Positions 54,445-64,000 of a stretch of DNA of 64,000 nt are shown here, in pieces. This DNA comes from Xenococcaceae cyanobacterium MO_167.B27 (lineage in GTDB: Bacteria; Cyanobacteriota; Cyanobacteriia; Cyanobacteriales; Xenococcaceae), in NCBI GenBank assembly GCA_030065935.1, contig JASJCP010000029.1, forward strand, positions 1,798 through 65,797, given 5' to 3'. The notes beneath the pieces were generated by a model that was not told the DNA's origin, searched no databases, and saw nothing but the letters and a program-made list of their open reading frames with translations. Positions within the stretch are counted from its first letter, which is position 1. Each line of letters begins with the position of its first letter. A program made the position numbers and the translations under genes.

Positions 54445-55155
54445 ATGATTATTGGTAGATTACTTGCTGGTGGGGTTAAACTCTGGTTGCGATCGCAACT
54501 TACAGGAATAGATCGACTTAAAGTCAAAATAAATGGTAAAAATCAGCAAATTATGACTGGTTATATACCTGAGATTGTCATTGCTGCTAATGCTGCTACC
54601 TATCAAGGAATATCTTTGAGTCAAGTTGAAATGACGGGGGTAAACATTCGGTTTAATCTGACTGAAATCCTTAAAGCGCAACCTTTTAAACTTTTAGAGC
54701 CAATTTCAGTAACAACAAAAGTATTACTTAAAGAATCTGATTTACAAGCTTCTTTAGCTTCTCCTCTATTATTAAATGGTCTGACAGATTTTTGGTATAA
54801 TTTACTCCGACAAGCCGATCGCACTATTGCTGAAGATTGCCAAAAGCCTTCTATAACATGGCAAAAATTTTCCCTAGATACAGAAACTCTGAAGCTAATA
54901 GGCAATATAGAGGATAATCAATCCTTAGTAGGTGTAATTAGTGGTTTGAATTTGTCTAATCCTCAAACCTTGCTGTTATCTCCGATTACTATTTTAGGCT
55001 TGCCAGAATTACCAACAGATAGCATCTGTGAATTAGCTATAGATTTAGGAAGTGATGTAACTATTTCCGAATTGAAGTTACAAGCTCATCAATTATTACT
55101 CACGGGAACAATTACAATTTTTCCCCCCTATGCTGATGAGAGTTTGAGAAATTAA
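54445..55155 (+). CDS. DUF2993 (LmeA-like) family protein
   Basis: 236 aa with an N-terminal hydrophobic segment and repeated half-domains. Assigned by resemblance only. Confidence 0.55.
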   Translation: MIIGRLLAGGVKLWLRSQLTGIDRLKVKINGKNQQIMTGYIPEIVIAANAATYQGISLSQVEMTGVNIRFNLTEILKAQPFKLLEPISVTTKVLLKESDLQASLASPLLLNGLTDFWYNLLRQADRTIAEDCQKPSITWQKFSLDTETLKLIGNIEDNQSLVGVISGLNLSNPQTLLLSPITILGLPELPTDSICELAIDLGSDVTISELKLQAHQLLLTGTITIFPPYADESLRN

Positions 55156-55333
55156 TTACAAAAAAGTGACCACTTATCAGGATGATCACTTAATCAATTC
55201 AGTTCTTTATCTAATTTAAAAGGCAGTAATCAAAAAAAACTTATTAACTACTACTATCTATATATAATATGGTATTTTGACAAAATGTTGGTATTTTTAA
55301 CATAAAGCTCCAGTTTTTTTTAATAAAGTTATC

Positions 55334-55576
55334 ATGAAACAACAATTGTTAACGTGGCTGAATCGTTTTTTAGTAGCAGACGTTTTTCTGGTTTTGTTTG
55401 GTTTTATTTGGTTTGCGATCGCTGTAATCGGAAAATACTTAAATATTCCTCTAGGTTTTGATCTCTGGTATAAATTGTGGCAACCTTTGTTTAATCCTGC
55501 TATTGGAATTCTGTTTCTGGGTGCAATTGCTAGTTGGTTGATTAACAAGATATCAGAAAAATTTGGAGCTAACTAA
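55334..55576 (+). CDS. Small two-TM membrane protein
   Basis: 80-aa ORF with hydrophobic helices. Confidence 0.45.
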   Translation: MKQQLLTWLNRFLVADVFLVLFGFIWFAIAVIGKYLNIPLGFDLWYKLWQPLFNPAIGILFLGAIASWLINKISEKFGAN

Positions 55577-56049
55577 ATCTTAGATCGATGTTCAAGACTC
55601 AATGTTAAAAACTGTTAACTAATATGAAAAACTACAAAATTATCTCAAAGCTCTTTGACAAAAATTAATTTTGAGATCAACTACACAATCAGCCACAATC
55701 AGGGGATATTTGACAAATCCAGGCACAGCATATCTATTTGAGATGTTTATTCCTAGAGCGCATTTAATTAGATAAATCAGATAAATCAAAATTAGCACTA
55801 ATAATGTTCTTTTAGTCTGGCGGAGAGTAATGGACATAAATCTGTGTGTGTGGTTTTTTATATTAGAACAAGCAAAAGTTAAAAGTTAGCTCATATCTAG
55901 TTTTTTACTTTTTTTGATTAACCAAAAAGCCCTTAGCTATCAGCCATTAGCTCTCCTCTTTTAACCAGGGTTTCTTAACGTCAGTGGGAGGAATTATATA
56001 TTAGGTTCAATATTTGATTCTTGAGATGCAATAATAACCTAGGAAGTGA

Positions 56050-56094
56050 CAGTAGAGCTACAGTAACAAGACAGTTATTACTGTAGCTCTACTG
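56050..56094 (-). terminator. 17-bp perfect hairpin 19 nt downstream of the TPR gene stop
   Basis: cagtagagctacagtaa (11-nt loop) ttactgtagctctactg. There is no clear U-tract. Confidence 0.4.
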
Positions 56095-56112
56095 CTTTAA
56101 AATTAGCTACTT

Positions 56113-57339
56113 TTAGTTGAATTGCTGAATCTTGTCAGTAAAATAATCAACGCGGTAATTAATAGATTTTGCTATGGCTAATCCTGCTTCAAAAGAAGCT
56201 AGTGCTTGAGAATAATCCTTGATTTCCAGATAGATATTGCCTAAACTGTCGTAGGCATTCATTAAGCCATAAAAATTGTTAGCTTTTTCTGAGGTATCTA
56301 TTAATTGCTGATAAGTTGCGATCGCCAATTCCAGTTGATTTTCTTGTTGATAAAGTATGGCTAATTGATTTAAAGCATCTGTTGCTAAAGCTACTTGTTG
56401 TAGAGAGCTAGCTAGAGTATAAGCCTCTTGATAAGATTGACTCGCTAATTGTGGTTGCTCTAAATTTTGGTAATCATTACCTAGAGAAATTTTTAATGTA
56501 GCTATGGAAGTGATTTTCCCTTCCGTAATATATTGGTCTATAAGTTGTTTTTTGATCTTGATTGCTGCTTCTGGTTGCTTGAGATGATGATAAATTTCTA
56601 CTAATTCTACAAGATAGGTCTCTAGGCTCTGTTTATTTTCTTCTTTAGTTAAATTATTTTCTACTAAACTAACTAGCTCTTCATAAATTGAAGCTGCTGG
56701 TAAATAATCAAATTGAGCTAAATATAATTTTCCCAGTACTTCTAAATTTTTTTGCTCCGCTACTACATCCTCCTGTTGACGAATTTCTTTTAAGATTATT
56801 TTATAGATATTTATAGCGCGATCAAGATATTTAACCTGTTGATAAGCTAACCCTATAGTAGATAAAAATTCACTATTAAAATTGTTTTCTGTCTGTGCTT
56901 CTTGTTCGATAACTATTAATCTTTCAGCAATGGTTCTTAATTCTACTCCTCGATTTTGTTGCCAAGCAATGCCACCAATTCTACCTAAAGCCGTGATTTC
57001 TTCTTTTATTCCCAAAGCTCTTTGTAATCTTAGTTCTCTAAACCAAAGTTGGAAAGCAATTTCTGGATTACCGTTGCCTAATTCTGTAGTTGCTTGTTGA
57101 TTGATGTTAGTTATTTCTCGCCTAATTCTTCTAATTTCTAAAGGAGATAAATCCCGTTCAATATTAGGAGGAGGTAGTAAAGGATCATGAGCAGGAATCT
57201 CTAAAGCATTAGTTGTGTTGCTTTGTGCTGTGGCTAATAGATTAATAGACAAACTGAAATCAACAATATTTACTATGAGGTTTAACAAAATAATAGTAAA
57301 AAGATTTAATCTCAGATTCTTATTGCTGTCTGGCTTCAC
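56113..57339 (-). CDS. TPR-repeat protein with an N-terminal signal or anchor
   Basis: 408 aa with multiple 34-aa TPR-like units (A...Y...L.....). Confidence 0.75.
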   Translation of the reverse strand: MKPDSNKNLRLNLFTIILLNLIVNIVDFSLSINLLATAQSNTTNALEIPAHDPLLPPPNIERDLSPLEIRRIRREITNINQQATTELGNGNPEIAFQLWFRELRLQRALGIKEEITALGRIGGIAWQQNRGVELRTIAERLIVIEQEAQTENNFNSEFLSTIGLAYQQVKYLDRAINIYKIILKEIRQQEDVVAEQKNLEVLGKLYLAQFDYLPAASIYEELVSLVENNLTKEENKQSLETYLVELVEIYHHLKQPEAAIKIKKQLIDQYITEGKITSIATLKISLGNDYQNLEQPQLASQSYQEAYTLASSLQQVALATDALNQLAILYQQENQLELAIATYQQLIDTSEKANNFYGLMNAYDSLGNIYLEIKDYSQALASFEAGLAIAKSINYRVDYFTDKIQQFN

Positions 57340-57426
57340 GGGAGAATTTAACTATTGTTAATTATTAGCTAAGATATCAATTTTATATTGTTTTTGACCA
57401 AATATAACTTACAATTATAGACCTAT

Positions 57427-58305
57427 TTAGCTCTTTTTCTGAGCCAACCGCAATTTAGCAGAACGACAGCGAGGATTGGCTTTTTGTTCCTCTATTTGGG
57501 GAATTATGGGTTTTTTAGTTATAACTTCTAATAAATCATGATTCCGAAATCCATGTTTAACTATTCTGTCTTCTAGGCTATGAAAGCTGATAATTCCAAT
57601 AATTCCGCCTGAAGTTAGCCAATGGGGAGCTTTTTCGAGGAAAGTTTCCAAAGATTCTAACTCTTGGTTAACTACAATTCTTAATGCTTGAAATACTCTT
57701 GTTGCTGGATGAATTTTACCGTAACGATATTTGCTTGGAACCGAACTGGCGATCGCATTTGCTAATTCAGTAGTAGTATAAAAGGGGCGTTTTTGGACAA
57801 TGTTGCGAGCAATACGACGAGAAAACCTTTCTTCCCCATATTTATAAAATATATCTGCTAAAGATACTTCTTTTTCGTAGTTAATGATATCTGCTGCGGT
57901 CAAAGATTGAGTTCGATCCATTCGCATATCCAGGGGTGCTGTGGCGCGAAAACTAAAGCCTCGTTCTGCTACATCAAACTGGGGAGAACTAACCCCCAAA
58001 TCAGCAATAATACCCTCAAATAATTGTCCTTGGGGCTGATAATCAGCAAAATTACCATGCCATAAAGTAAGCTTCTCAGGAAAATATTGAGCTAATCTAA
58101 TTTTAACTGCTGCGATCGCTTCTTGATCCAGATCGATTCCTGTCACCTTGATATCTTCTCCAGCGGCCAAAATCAACTCACTATGTCCCCCTCTACCAAG
58201 AGTTGCGTCTAAATAATGACCAGGAGAAGATATATTTAATCCCGTAATTAATTCATTACTCAGTACAGAAATGTGGTTGAAACTATTGTTATTCTGTACT
58301 TGCAC
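57427..58305 (-). CDS. rsmH: 16S rRNA (cytosine1402-N4)-methyltransferase RsmH (MraW)
   Basis: [24 protein letters not shown] and NPR.RSAKLR are motifs of the family. Confidence 0.9.
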   Translation of the reverse strand: MQVQNNNSFNHISVLSNELITGLNISSPGHYLDATLGRGGHSELILAAGEDIKVTGIDLDQEAIAAVKIRLAQYFPEKLTLWHGNFADYQPQGQLFEGIIADLGVSSPQFDVAERGFSFRATAPLDMRMDRTQSLTAADIINYEKEVSLADIFYKYGEERFSRRIARNIVQKRPFYTTTELANAIASSVPSKYRYGKIHPATRVFQALRIVVNQELESLETFLEKAPHWLTSGGIIGIISFHSLEDRIVKHGFRNHDLLEVITKKPIIPQIEEQKANPRCRSAKLRLAQKKS

Positions 58306-58869
58306 TAGCTTTTAACCTCAATGACTTTTAACAAATATTTAACATTCTTGGTCTTATAAGATACCACTTTTATCGAAAAATACCGCTAATATTATATTAA
58401 AGAAGTAATTAGGATAATTTGTTCTTCTTACTTTTTCTTACAGAGTTCAAATTTCACAAACAAAACATGGAATTAAGCCAGCCTTCTGGTAGAGATGCCG
58501 ACACCCCCCATCATAGGTGGGCTGGGATATTAGGAACAGTGGTTGCTGTCTTAACAATAACGCTTCCATTACTAATGGTTGCTTCTTATTCACCATCAAG
58601 GAGTAATGCACAACCCTCGCCAAACCGCATTTATTCCGTACACCAACAGAGCATTTAAGATGTCTTTAAGAGCAACATCAGAAAGTAAGAGCGTTCCCCC
58701 ATAGCTGTCATCTTCTAAGGAATTAGGAGGGAGGATTTGTGGTGAATACGCTTGTGTATGACCTCTACTTATCCTTAATTGTTATGTAAGGGCAGAAAGA
58801 ACAGTCAAGGATTTACGTTATCGTAATTAAGTTGAAGCAAAACTTAATCACAATAACTTAGGATTTCTT

Positions 58870-59919
58870 GTGAAAAATTTAACCATTATTTCTGGCATTA
58901 CTAGCTTGGTTATTGGCTTACAATTACCAGCAACAGCAGCTACTTTTACCGAAATTAACTTTTTCGGAGATAGTCTGCTCGACCAAGGTAACTTATTTAA
59001 CGCTACCTCTTTTCCTCCCAGTCCTCCTTATTTTGAGGGGCGTTTTTCTAATGGAAAAATTGTATCAGATGTACTCGCAGAAGAATTAGACCTCAATCCC
59101 ATTTTAGTCACTCAATTAGCAACTACAATTCCTACAGAAGGAGTTAATTTTGCAGTTGGTGGTGCAACTACAGGAGCGAATAATGTGGGAGGAAGTCCTT
59201 TATTTGGATTAGAAGGACAAATCGCTTCTTTTGCCAATTTAACCAATATTCAACCAGCCGATCCTAATGGATTGTACGTCTTATGGGCAGGAGCTAATGA
59301 CTATAATGAAGTCTTTTTTAATCCTGATAGCTTGACTGTTTCTATTGAACAACTACCAGATCAAGTAACATCCAATTTATCAGATGCAGTACAATCTCTG
59401 TATGATTTGGGAGCAAGAAACTTTTTAGTCCCTAATCTTCCCGATTTAGGGATAACTCCTTTTGCTGATTTTCTTGATGAATTCAACCCCAATATCAATA
59501 TTTCCACTCAACTTAGTAATTTAACGACGGCTCACAATAATCTTTTAGAAGTAAAACTAACAGAGCTTGATGATTCGCTGTCTGAAACTAACATTAGTTT
59601 ATTAGATGCTAATGCTTTGCTATCAGACATCATTAGCAATCCCAGTAGTTTTGGGATTAGCGATCTAGACAATTCTTGTTTAACTAACTTTCAGCCAGGA
59701 TTTATGTTTGATGGTATTTGTAGTAATCCAGACGAGTTCTTGTTTTGGGACAATATCCATCCTACTGCTGCGGTACATCAACTAATAGCGGAAGAAGCTT
59801 TAGAAGTTTTACAGCAACAAGAATCAGAAAATGTCCCCGAACCTAATAATAATTGGGGCTTATTATCTATGATGTTTTTAGGTCTTATCGCAACAGCGAA
59901 AAAATATGTAAGGAGTTAA
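58870..59919 (+). CDS. SGNH/GDSL-family esterase-lipase with a C-terminal PEP-CTERM-like sorting signal
   Basis: GTG start and signal peptide. FGDSLLDQGN (block I), GANDY (block III), DNIHPT (block V). The C-terminus is VPEP followed by a hydrophobic stretch and KKYVRS. Confidence 0.8.
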   Translation: MKNLTIISGITSLVIGLQLPATAATFTEINFFGDSLLDQGNLFNATSFPPSPPYFEGRFSNGKIVSDVLAEELDLNPILVTQLATTIPTEGVNFAVGGATTGANNVGGSPLFGLEGQIASFANLTNIQPADPNGLYVLWAGANDYNEVFFNPDSLTVSIEQLPDQVTSNLSDAVQSLYDLGARNFLVPNLPDLGITPFADFLDEFNPNINISTQLSNLTTAHNNLLEVKLTELDDSLSETNISLLDANALLSDIISNPSSFGISDLDNSCLTNFQPGFMFDGICSNPDEFLFWDNIHPTAAVHQLIAEEALEVLQQQESENVPEPNNNWGLLSMMFLGLIATAKKYVRS

Positions 59920-60009
59920 TAGAACAATAGATTCTTACTAATTTAATCATAATACTTGGCTTAATATCATCTTTTAATACTTTCGATTAGGACATCATAT
60001 TTAACCTTA

Positions 60010-60037
60010 GTAGGGGTAATTCATGAATTACCCCTAC
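60010..60037. repeat. 28-nt perfect palindrome gtaggggtaattca/tgaattacccctac
   Basis: Read directly from the sequence. A related imperfect copy (tagggataatt aatc aattaccccta) lies at 11485-11510. Confidence 0.8.
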
Positions 60038-60200
60038 AAGACTATGTCATAACCTAAATTTGTTGAAACACTGTTCAGTAAACAGATAATTGATAACTGA
60101 TTTATAGCCTTTCTCGCCTCTTGTAAGATACACCCAAAAATTCAGGAAAACTAACAACGCTCCAACTGTACGGACAATTCATGAATTGCAGATATTGATT

Positions 60201-60227
60201 GTATCCGCGCAAGCCTTGCGCGGATAC
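60201..60227 (-). terminator. 13-bp perfect GC-rich palindrome (gtatccgcgcaag c cttgcgcggatac) 34 nt downstream of the DUF3386 gene stop
   Basis: Read directly from the sequence. It shares the gtatccgc arm with the hairpin at 29855-29882. Confidence 0.4.
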
Positions 60228-60260
60228 TGTAGCTGATGAAGAGGGAGAATTGCTGTAGTT

Positions 60261-60917
60261 TTAAACAGCTACTGCTGATTCTAAAAGTTGTATTTGAGAG
60301 AAAGTAAATTCAGTAGTGGTTTTTTCTCCTTCTTTGCCAATAGACTCAATTACTTGATGAGTAGGGAGATAGTAATTACCAAATTTTTCATAGGTTTCTT
60401 TAAACTCCCGTTTTCCTTTAAGATCGTTAGTCTTAGAATCGCGGAATATAGCGTTATAGCCAGTAGAAATATAACCTTCTCCTGTGTCTAAACTATCATT
60501 AGTATTAATCACAAAAGCCATAGGTCCCATTACTCGGCTTACTTGAGATATTTCTTTACCTCGTACCTTGTAATTTGACCCCATAGAGTCGCCTTCTACC
60601 AGAATTTCTACTGCACCTGTAGAGTCTTCCTCTCCCATAGAAAAAGTATTTTTGCCATGAGCTTCCTCAAAAGAAGCGCGTTTGCGGTGAGTAATCACAT
60701 CTCGCATATGATTGTAGATACTTTCTTGTACTTTCTCATCTCCAATACCTGTAACCTCTACAGATAAGTCGCTATCTACTTTAATTGTTCCTGTATATAC
60801 TTCTTCTCCCTGTTTTAATTCTAATTCGGTGGTGTAACCAGGGAAATTTTCATCCCAAGTATAACGGTTTTCATAAGCTGCTTGAAAGCGATCGCGAGCG
60901 GGATTATTGTCTGTCAT
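60261..60917 (-). CDS. DUF3386-family protein (conserved in cyanobacteria and plastid lineages)
   Basis: 218 aa. The N-terminal ARDRFQAAYENRYTWDENFPGY pattern resembles DUF3386. Assigned from memory only. Confidence 0.5.
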   Translation of the reverse strand: MTDNNPARDRFQAAYENRYTWDENFPGYTTELELKQGEEVYTGTIKVDSDLSVEVTGIGDEKVQESIYNHMRDVITHRKRASFEEAHGKNTFSMGEEDSTGAVEILVEGDSMGSNYKVRGKEISQVSRVMGPMAFVINTNDSLDTGEGYISTGYNAIFRDSKTNDLKGKREFKETYEKFGNYYLPTHQVIESIGKEGEKTTTEFTFSQIQLLESAVAV

Positions 60918-61054
60918 AAATAAAATTCCAATTAAAATTAATAGGACTACTTCAGTTAATGTAACAAAACCCCAAGCTCTATTTAAGGGTATTCTGGCTG
61001 TTAGGGGATATCAAGATCAAAAAAATCCCAGTCATTAGGGACTGGGACATAAAG

Positions 61055-61510
61055 TTAGACAGTAGCTTTGTCTAGATTTACTTTCACTACTTTGTTCTTT
61101 TCTTCTTCAGCTTTAGGTAGAGTTAGAGTCAGAATTCCATCTTTGTATTCTGCGGTAACGTTGGTGTTTTGGATGCGTACAGGGAGAGGAATTACTCTAG
61201 AGAATTTACCATAGCGGAATTCAGAGCGAGTTTTACCATTTTCTTCAGTTTTGGTTTCGGATTTTCGCTCGCCACTGATTGAAACCCGATCTACAGTAAC
61301 TTGAATATCTAAGTCTTTGACTTCAATACCAGGAACTTCTAGTTTAAGATGTAGTGCATCCTCAGTTTCCGTTAATTCCGCAGCAGGAACTTTAGCAAAA
61401 TTACTTATTTCACCCCAAGAGTCGGGAGTTAAAGCATCATCAAATAGACGATTTAATTGACGTTGTAAACTACTCATTTCTTGCCAGGGATTGTAACGTA
61501 CTAATGCCAT
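61055..61510 (-). CDS. hspA: Small heat-shock protein (Hsp20 / alpha-crystallin family)
   Basis: The alpha-crystallin domain includes the motif DGILTLTLPK. I prefer the ATG at 61510, which has AGGAGA 8 nt upstream. Confidence 0.85.
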   Translation of the reverse strand: MALVRYNPWQEMSSLQRQLNRLFDDALTPDSWGEISNFAKVPAAELTETEDALHLKLEVPGIEVKDLDIQVTVDRVSISGERKSETKTEENGKTRSEFRYGKFSRVIPLPVRIQNTNVTAEYKDGILTLTLPKAEEEKNKVVKVNLDKATV

Positions 61511-61914
61511 AATCAATGTCTCCTATTCTTTAATCAGTGTTGGATTAATGTGATTTGTGATTAACTTCAATTACTATATTAGTCACCTTATCAAAAGAAA
61601 GTAAGTGTGGTTGCCATCCCTTATATAGTAGAGTTTTCTGCCCGAACCAAAAGTAGTAGGGTAAGCCGTAATGCAATAATTTCGCTATGGCTGATTGGGT
61701 GATTTTAGATATGAAGAAATTTGCGATCGCACTACGGGTACTTTCTTCTTTATCAAAAAACTGGTCGTATAATTAGTAACACTTTTTTTTAGCTGTTTTG
61801 AACCATTAAAAAAGGCTCAGTAGCAAAGCCGTTTAAAGTATTGTTGAATAAAGATTTTAGGCTTTTACTTTATCGAATTATACGTCGAGTTTTGTTTTCT
61901 GTTTGATTGCTGTC

Positions 61915-62784
61915 CTAACGCCTATTTAAATTTCGTGATTGTTGTTGTAAAAGATATTGACAATATTGACCAGCCTTATCTGAAAGTATGCCAAGATAGA
62001 TCAGATCACTAGTACATTGTGGCAAAGTTTGTATTGGGGGTTGATATTTAAGTGTATTAACACATATTATGACAGCATCATCTGCAAGTGTGCCACCATA
62101 GATCATATCACGAGTACATTGTGGCAAAGTTTGATTAGCTTGCCCCGTAGTAACTGTAGGAAAACTTGGAGGTATAGGAGAAGGAGAAACTTGTATGTTA
62201 ACTGGTTCTTCTATTATTTTTTGTTCTGATTGGTACTTTCTTTGGTTTTGTTCTGCTATAGCTTGATAATAAGCATTGATTTTATTTTTAACAATTCTAT
62301 TTCCTTTGATTTGTAATAATAATATTAGTTCTTTAGAATCTTTTTCTTCAAGCTTAAAATTTGTCGCATAAGTTCCCGATTGATCATGCCAAATAAAGGT
62401 AAATGATTTAAAATAATTAACTCTCATAGTCCAATGATTATAGGATGATTCACTTTCTATTTCTAAATGATCGACATTATTAAGATTGATAATTTGATTG
62501 AGTTCTGATTCTTTAAATTTCAAATTAAGAATATTGTTTTTTAGCTCAACACGGCATTTATCCATATCTTTTTCTATTTTATCTTTACATTTTCCTTTAT
62601 AATCTTGAGCGAAAGCTGCTATGCTTGTTGACAAAAATACTCCTATTATTAAAAGTGAACTAAGAGAAACCTTTTCTAGAATTGTTATTTTGTTTTTGAA
62701 GATTTTTTTAAATATCTTTTTCTGAGAAATATTTTCAGTATTATTAGATATATAGGTATAATACATTTGTGATTCCTTTTTCAT
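61915..62784 (-). CDS. Hypothetical membrane-anchored protein with a duplicated Cys-containing C-terminal motif
   Basis: 289 aa with a TM segment. QTLPQCT[RS]D[ML]IY.G.L.D.A...C occurs twice, and the DNA 21-mer agtacattgtggcaaagtttg is repeated at 62011 and 62113. Confidence 0.5.
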   Translation of the reverse strand: MKKESQMYYTYISNNTENISQKKIFKKIFKNKITILEKVSLSSLLIIGVFLSTSIAAFAQDYKGKCKDKIEKDMDKCRVELKNNILNLKFKESELNQIINLNNVDHLEIESESSYNHWTMRVNYFKSFTFIWHDQSGTYATNFKLEEKDSKELILLLQIKGNRIVKNKINAYYQAIAEQNQRKYQSEQKIIEEPVNIQVSPSPIPPSFPTVTTGQANQTLPQCTRDMIYGGTLADDAVIICVNTLKYQPPIQTLPQCTSDLIYLGILSDKAGQYCQYLLQQQSRNLNRR

Positions 62785-62924
62785 AGCTACTTTTTTCTTT
62801 AAAATAGCTATTACGGCAACTCAGGCACAGTGATCTAAATCACTCAAAATTATTCAGTATAATTTTGCTTTAATTTCTGGTTTTTGATACAGATGATTTG
62901 GTCAATGGTGATCGGGCTTTTTTT

Positions 62925-64000
62925 CTAATTGATGACACGCCCTAACCTTAGTGCTGTTAACTGTGCTTCTGCTTTATTAAGAGATTCATACCATTCTCGC
63001 TCTGGATCGCTATCAGCGACTATTCCTGCCCCTACTTGCCCATAAACAGTGTTTTTTGTCCCAGAACTGGTATATAATAGAGTGCGGATTAAGATGTTTA
63101 AGTCTAAATTACCTCGCCAGTCGAGATAACCACAAGAACCATAAAAGAGGCTGCGTTTGACTGGTTCTAATTCTTCGATAATTTCCATACAACGCACTTT
63201 GGGACAACCTGTAATTGTTCCCCCTGGAAACATCCCCTGAATTAAGTCTATAGAATTATATTTTGATTCGAGTTTTCCTACTATATTAGTTACTAGGTGC
63301 ATTACATGGCTGTATCTTTCGATTACTAAGAGTTCATCTACTGCTACTGAACCCCACTGACAGACTTTTCCTAGATCGTTGCGTTCTAAATCTACTAGCA
63401 TAATGTGTTCTGCTCTCTCTTTGGTGTTAGCTAGTAATTCTGCTGCTAGTTGCCGATCTTGTTGGGGGGTTATTCCTCTTCTTCTTGTTCCTGCGATGGG
63501 GCGGGTTTGGGCGATATTTTCTTGCAAACTAACTAATCTTTCAGGAGAACAACTAATCATTATACCCCAAGGCGATCGCCAGTAAGAGGCAAAAGGAGAA
63601 GGATTAATTTTGTGTAGGGTTTTATAAATCGACCAACTATCAGCAGTGGTAGTAGTGTGAAATCTTAGGGAGAGGTTAGCTTGAAAGATATCCCCTGCTT
63701 GAATATGTTTTTTAGCTTTCCTTACTGCTGTTTCGTAGTCTTCTTGGGGAGTTAGATAGGTGATGGGAGATGGAGCAGTAAGAGCAGTAGGAGTAGTAAG
63801 AGCAGTAGGGGGAGTATGGAGTTTAGTTTCTAGAATGTCTAACTGTTGGGGTAAAGTTGCAGCTAACCACAGTATTTGTTGTTGATGATCTAATACTGCA
63901 AAGGTTTCTGGTTGATACCAATAGGCGACAGGGAAAGGAAGAGGATCGGGGTTAATTTGGGGTAAGTTTTCGATTTCCCATGCGACATCGTAACTAAGCC
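62925..64000 (-). CDS. Chorismate-utilising enzyme: aminodeoxychorismate synthase component I or anthranilate synthase I family. The 5' end lies outside the window.
   Basis: SPERL, PIAGT..RG, VDLERNDLG, FPGGTITGCPKVRCMEIIEELE and GAGIVADSDPE.EW.E. The reading frame stays open upstream of the listed Met (..PFASYWRSPWGIM..) to the window edge. Confidence 0.8.
   Translation of the reverse strand, partial: LSYDVAWEIENLPQINPDPLPFPVAYWYQPETFAVLDHQQQILWLAATLPQQLDILETKLHTPPTALTTPTALTAPSPITYLTPQEDYETAVRKAKKHIQAGDIFQANLSLRFHTTTTADSWSIYKTLHKINPSPFASYWRSPWGIMISCSPERLVSLQENIAQTRPIAGTRRRGITPQQDRQLAAELLANTKERAEHIMLVDLERNDLGKVCQWGSVAVDELLVIERYSHVMHLVTNIVGKLESKYNSIDLIQGMFPGGTITGCPKVRCMEIIEELEPVKRSLFYGSCGYLDWRGNLDLNILIRTLLYTSSGTKNTVYGQVGAGIVADSDPEREWYESLNKAEAQLTALRLGRVIN

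Noticed and set aside
58419-58658. 79-aa ORF (possible start MELSQPSG at 58467) with one hydrophobic segment
   Set aside because: It has no motif and I cannot assess conservation. Its coding status is uncertain, so I did not list it as a feature.
61511-61600. Possible RNA thermometer in the hspA 5' UTR (stem ttaatca / tgattaa)
   Set aside because: The stem does not sequester the AGGAGA Shine-Dalgarno sequence or the start codon in my hand fold. The evidence is insufficient.

Overview
The window looks like a cyanobacterial chromosome segment. It is AT-rich, carries many HIP1 octamers (GCGATCGC, e.g. 1142-1149 and 2790-2797), and contains psb28, vipp1, NTRC, a cyanobacterial-type gshA, and the asd-dapA-rnj and tig-clpP-clpX gene orders. 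About 55 protein genes are supportable. No rRNA, tRNA or CRISPR array was seen by eye. Five things stand out. (1) A 1629-aa protein at 314-5203 joins an N-terminal FHA domain to six tandem AAA+ modules in one chain. It lies downstream of a membrane Ser/Thr kinase and a proline-rich membrane protein, and a coiled-coil/TPR-like protein is encoded divergently. This is my best candidate for an undescribed system. (2) An apparently intact IscB (OMEGA RNA-guided nuclease; PLMP, split RuvC and HNH motifs) sits at 13986-15464 behind a 480-nt structured non-coding leader that is a candidate omega-RNA. Three transposon relics are also present: an internally deleted TnpB, an IS200/IS605 TnpA fragment and an ISAs1 remnant. 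(3) A six-gene heme-rich operon at 46216-50641 encodes a tail-anchored globin, penta- and hexa-heme c cytochromes, a Tll0287-like heme-c protein, a putative di-heme-b membrane protein and a pentapeptide-repeat protein. (4) A second kinase is paired divergently with an FHA-FHA-ABC transporter, an arrangement like PknF/Rv1747. (5) An unlisted 56-aa Psb34-like ORF lies near psb28. Several dispersed palindromic and low-complexity repeat families fill intergenic DNA. All calls rest on reading the supplied translations and DNA by eye; no database search was run.
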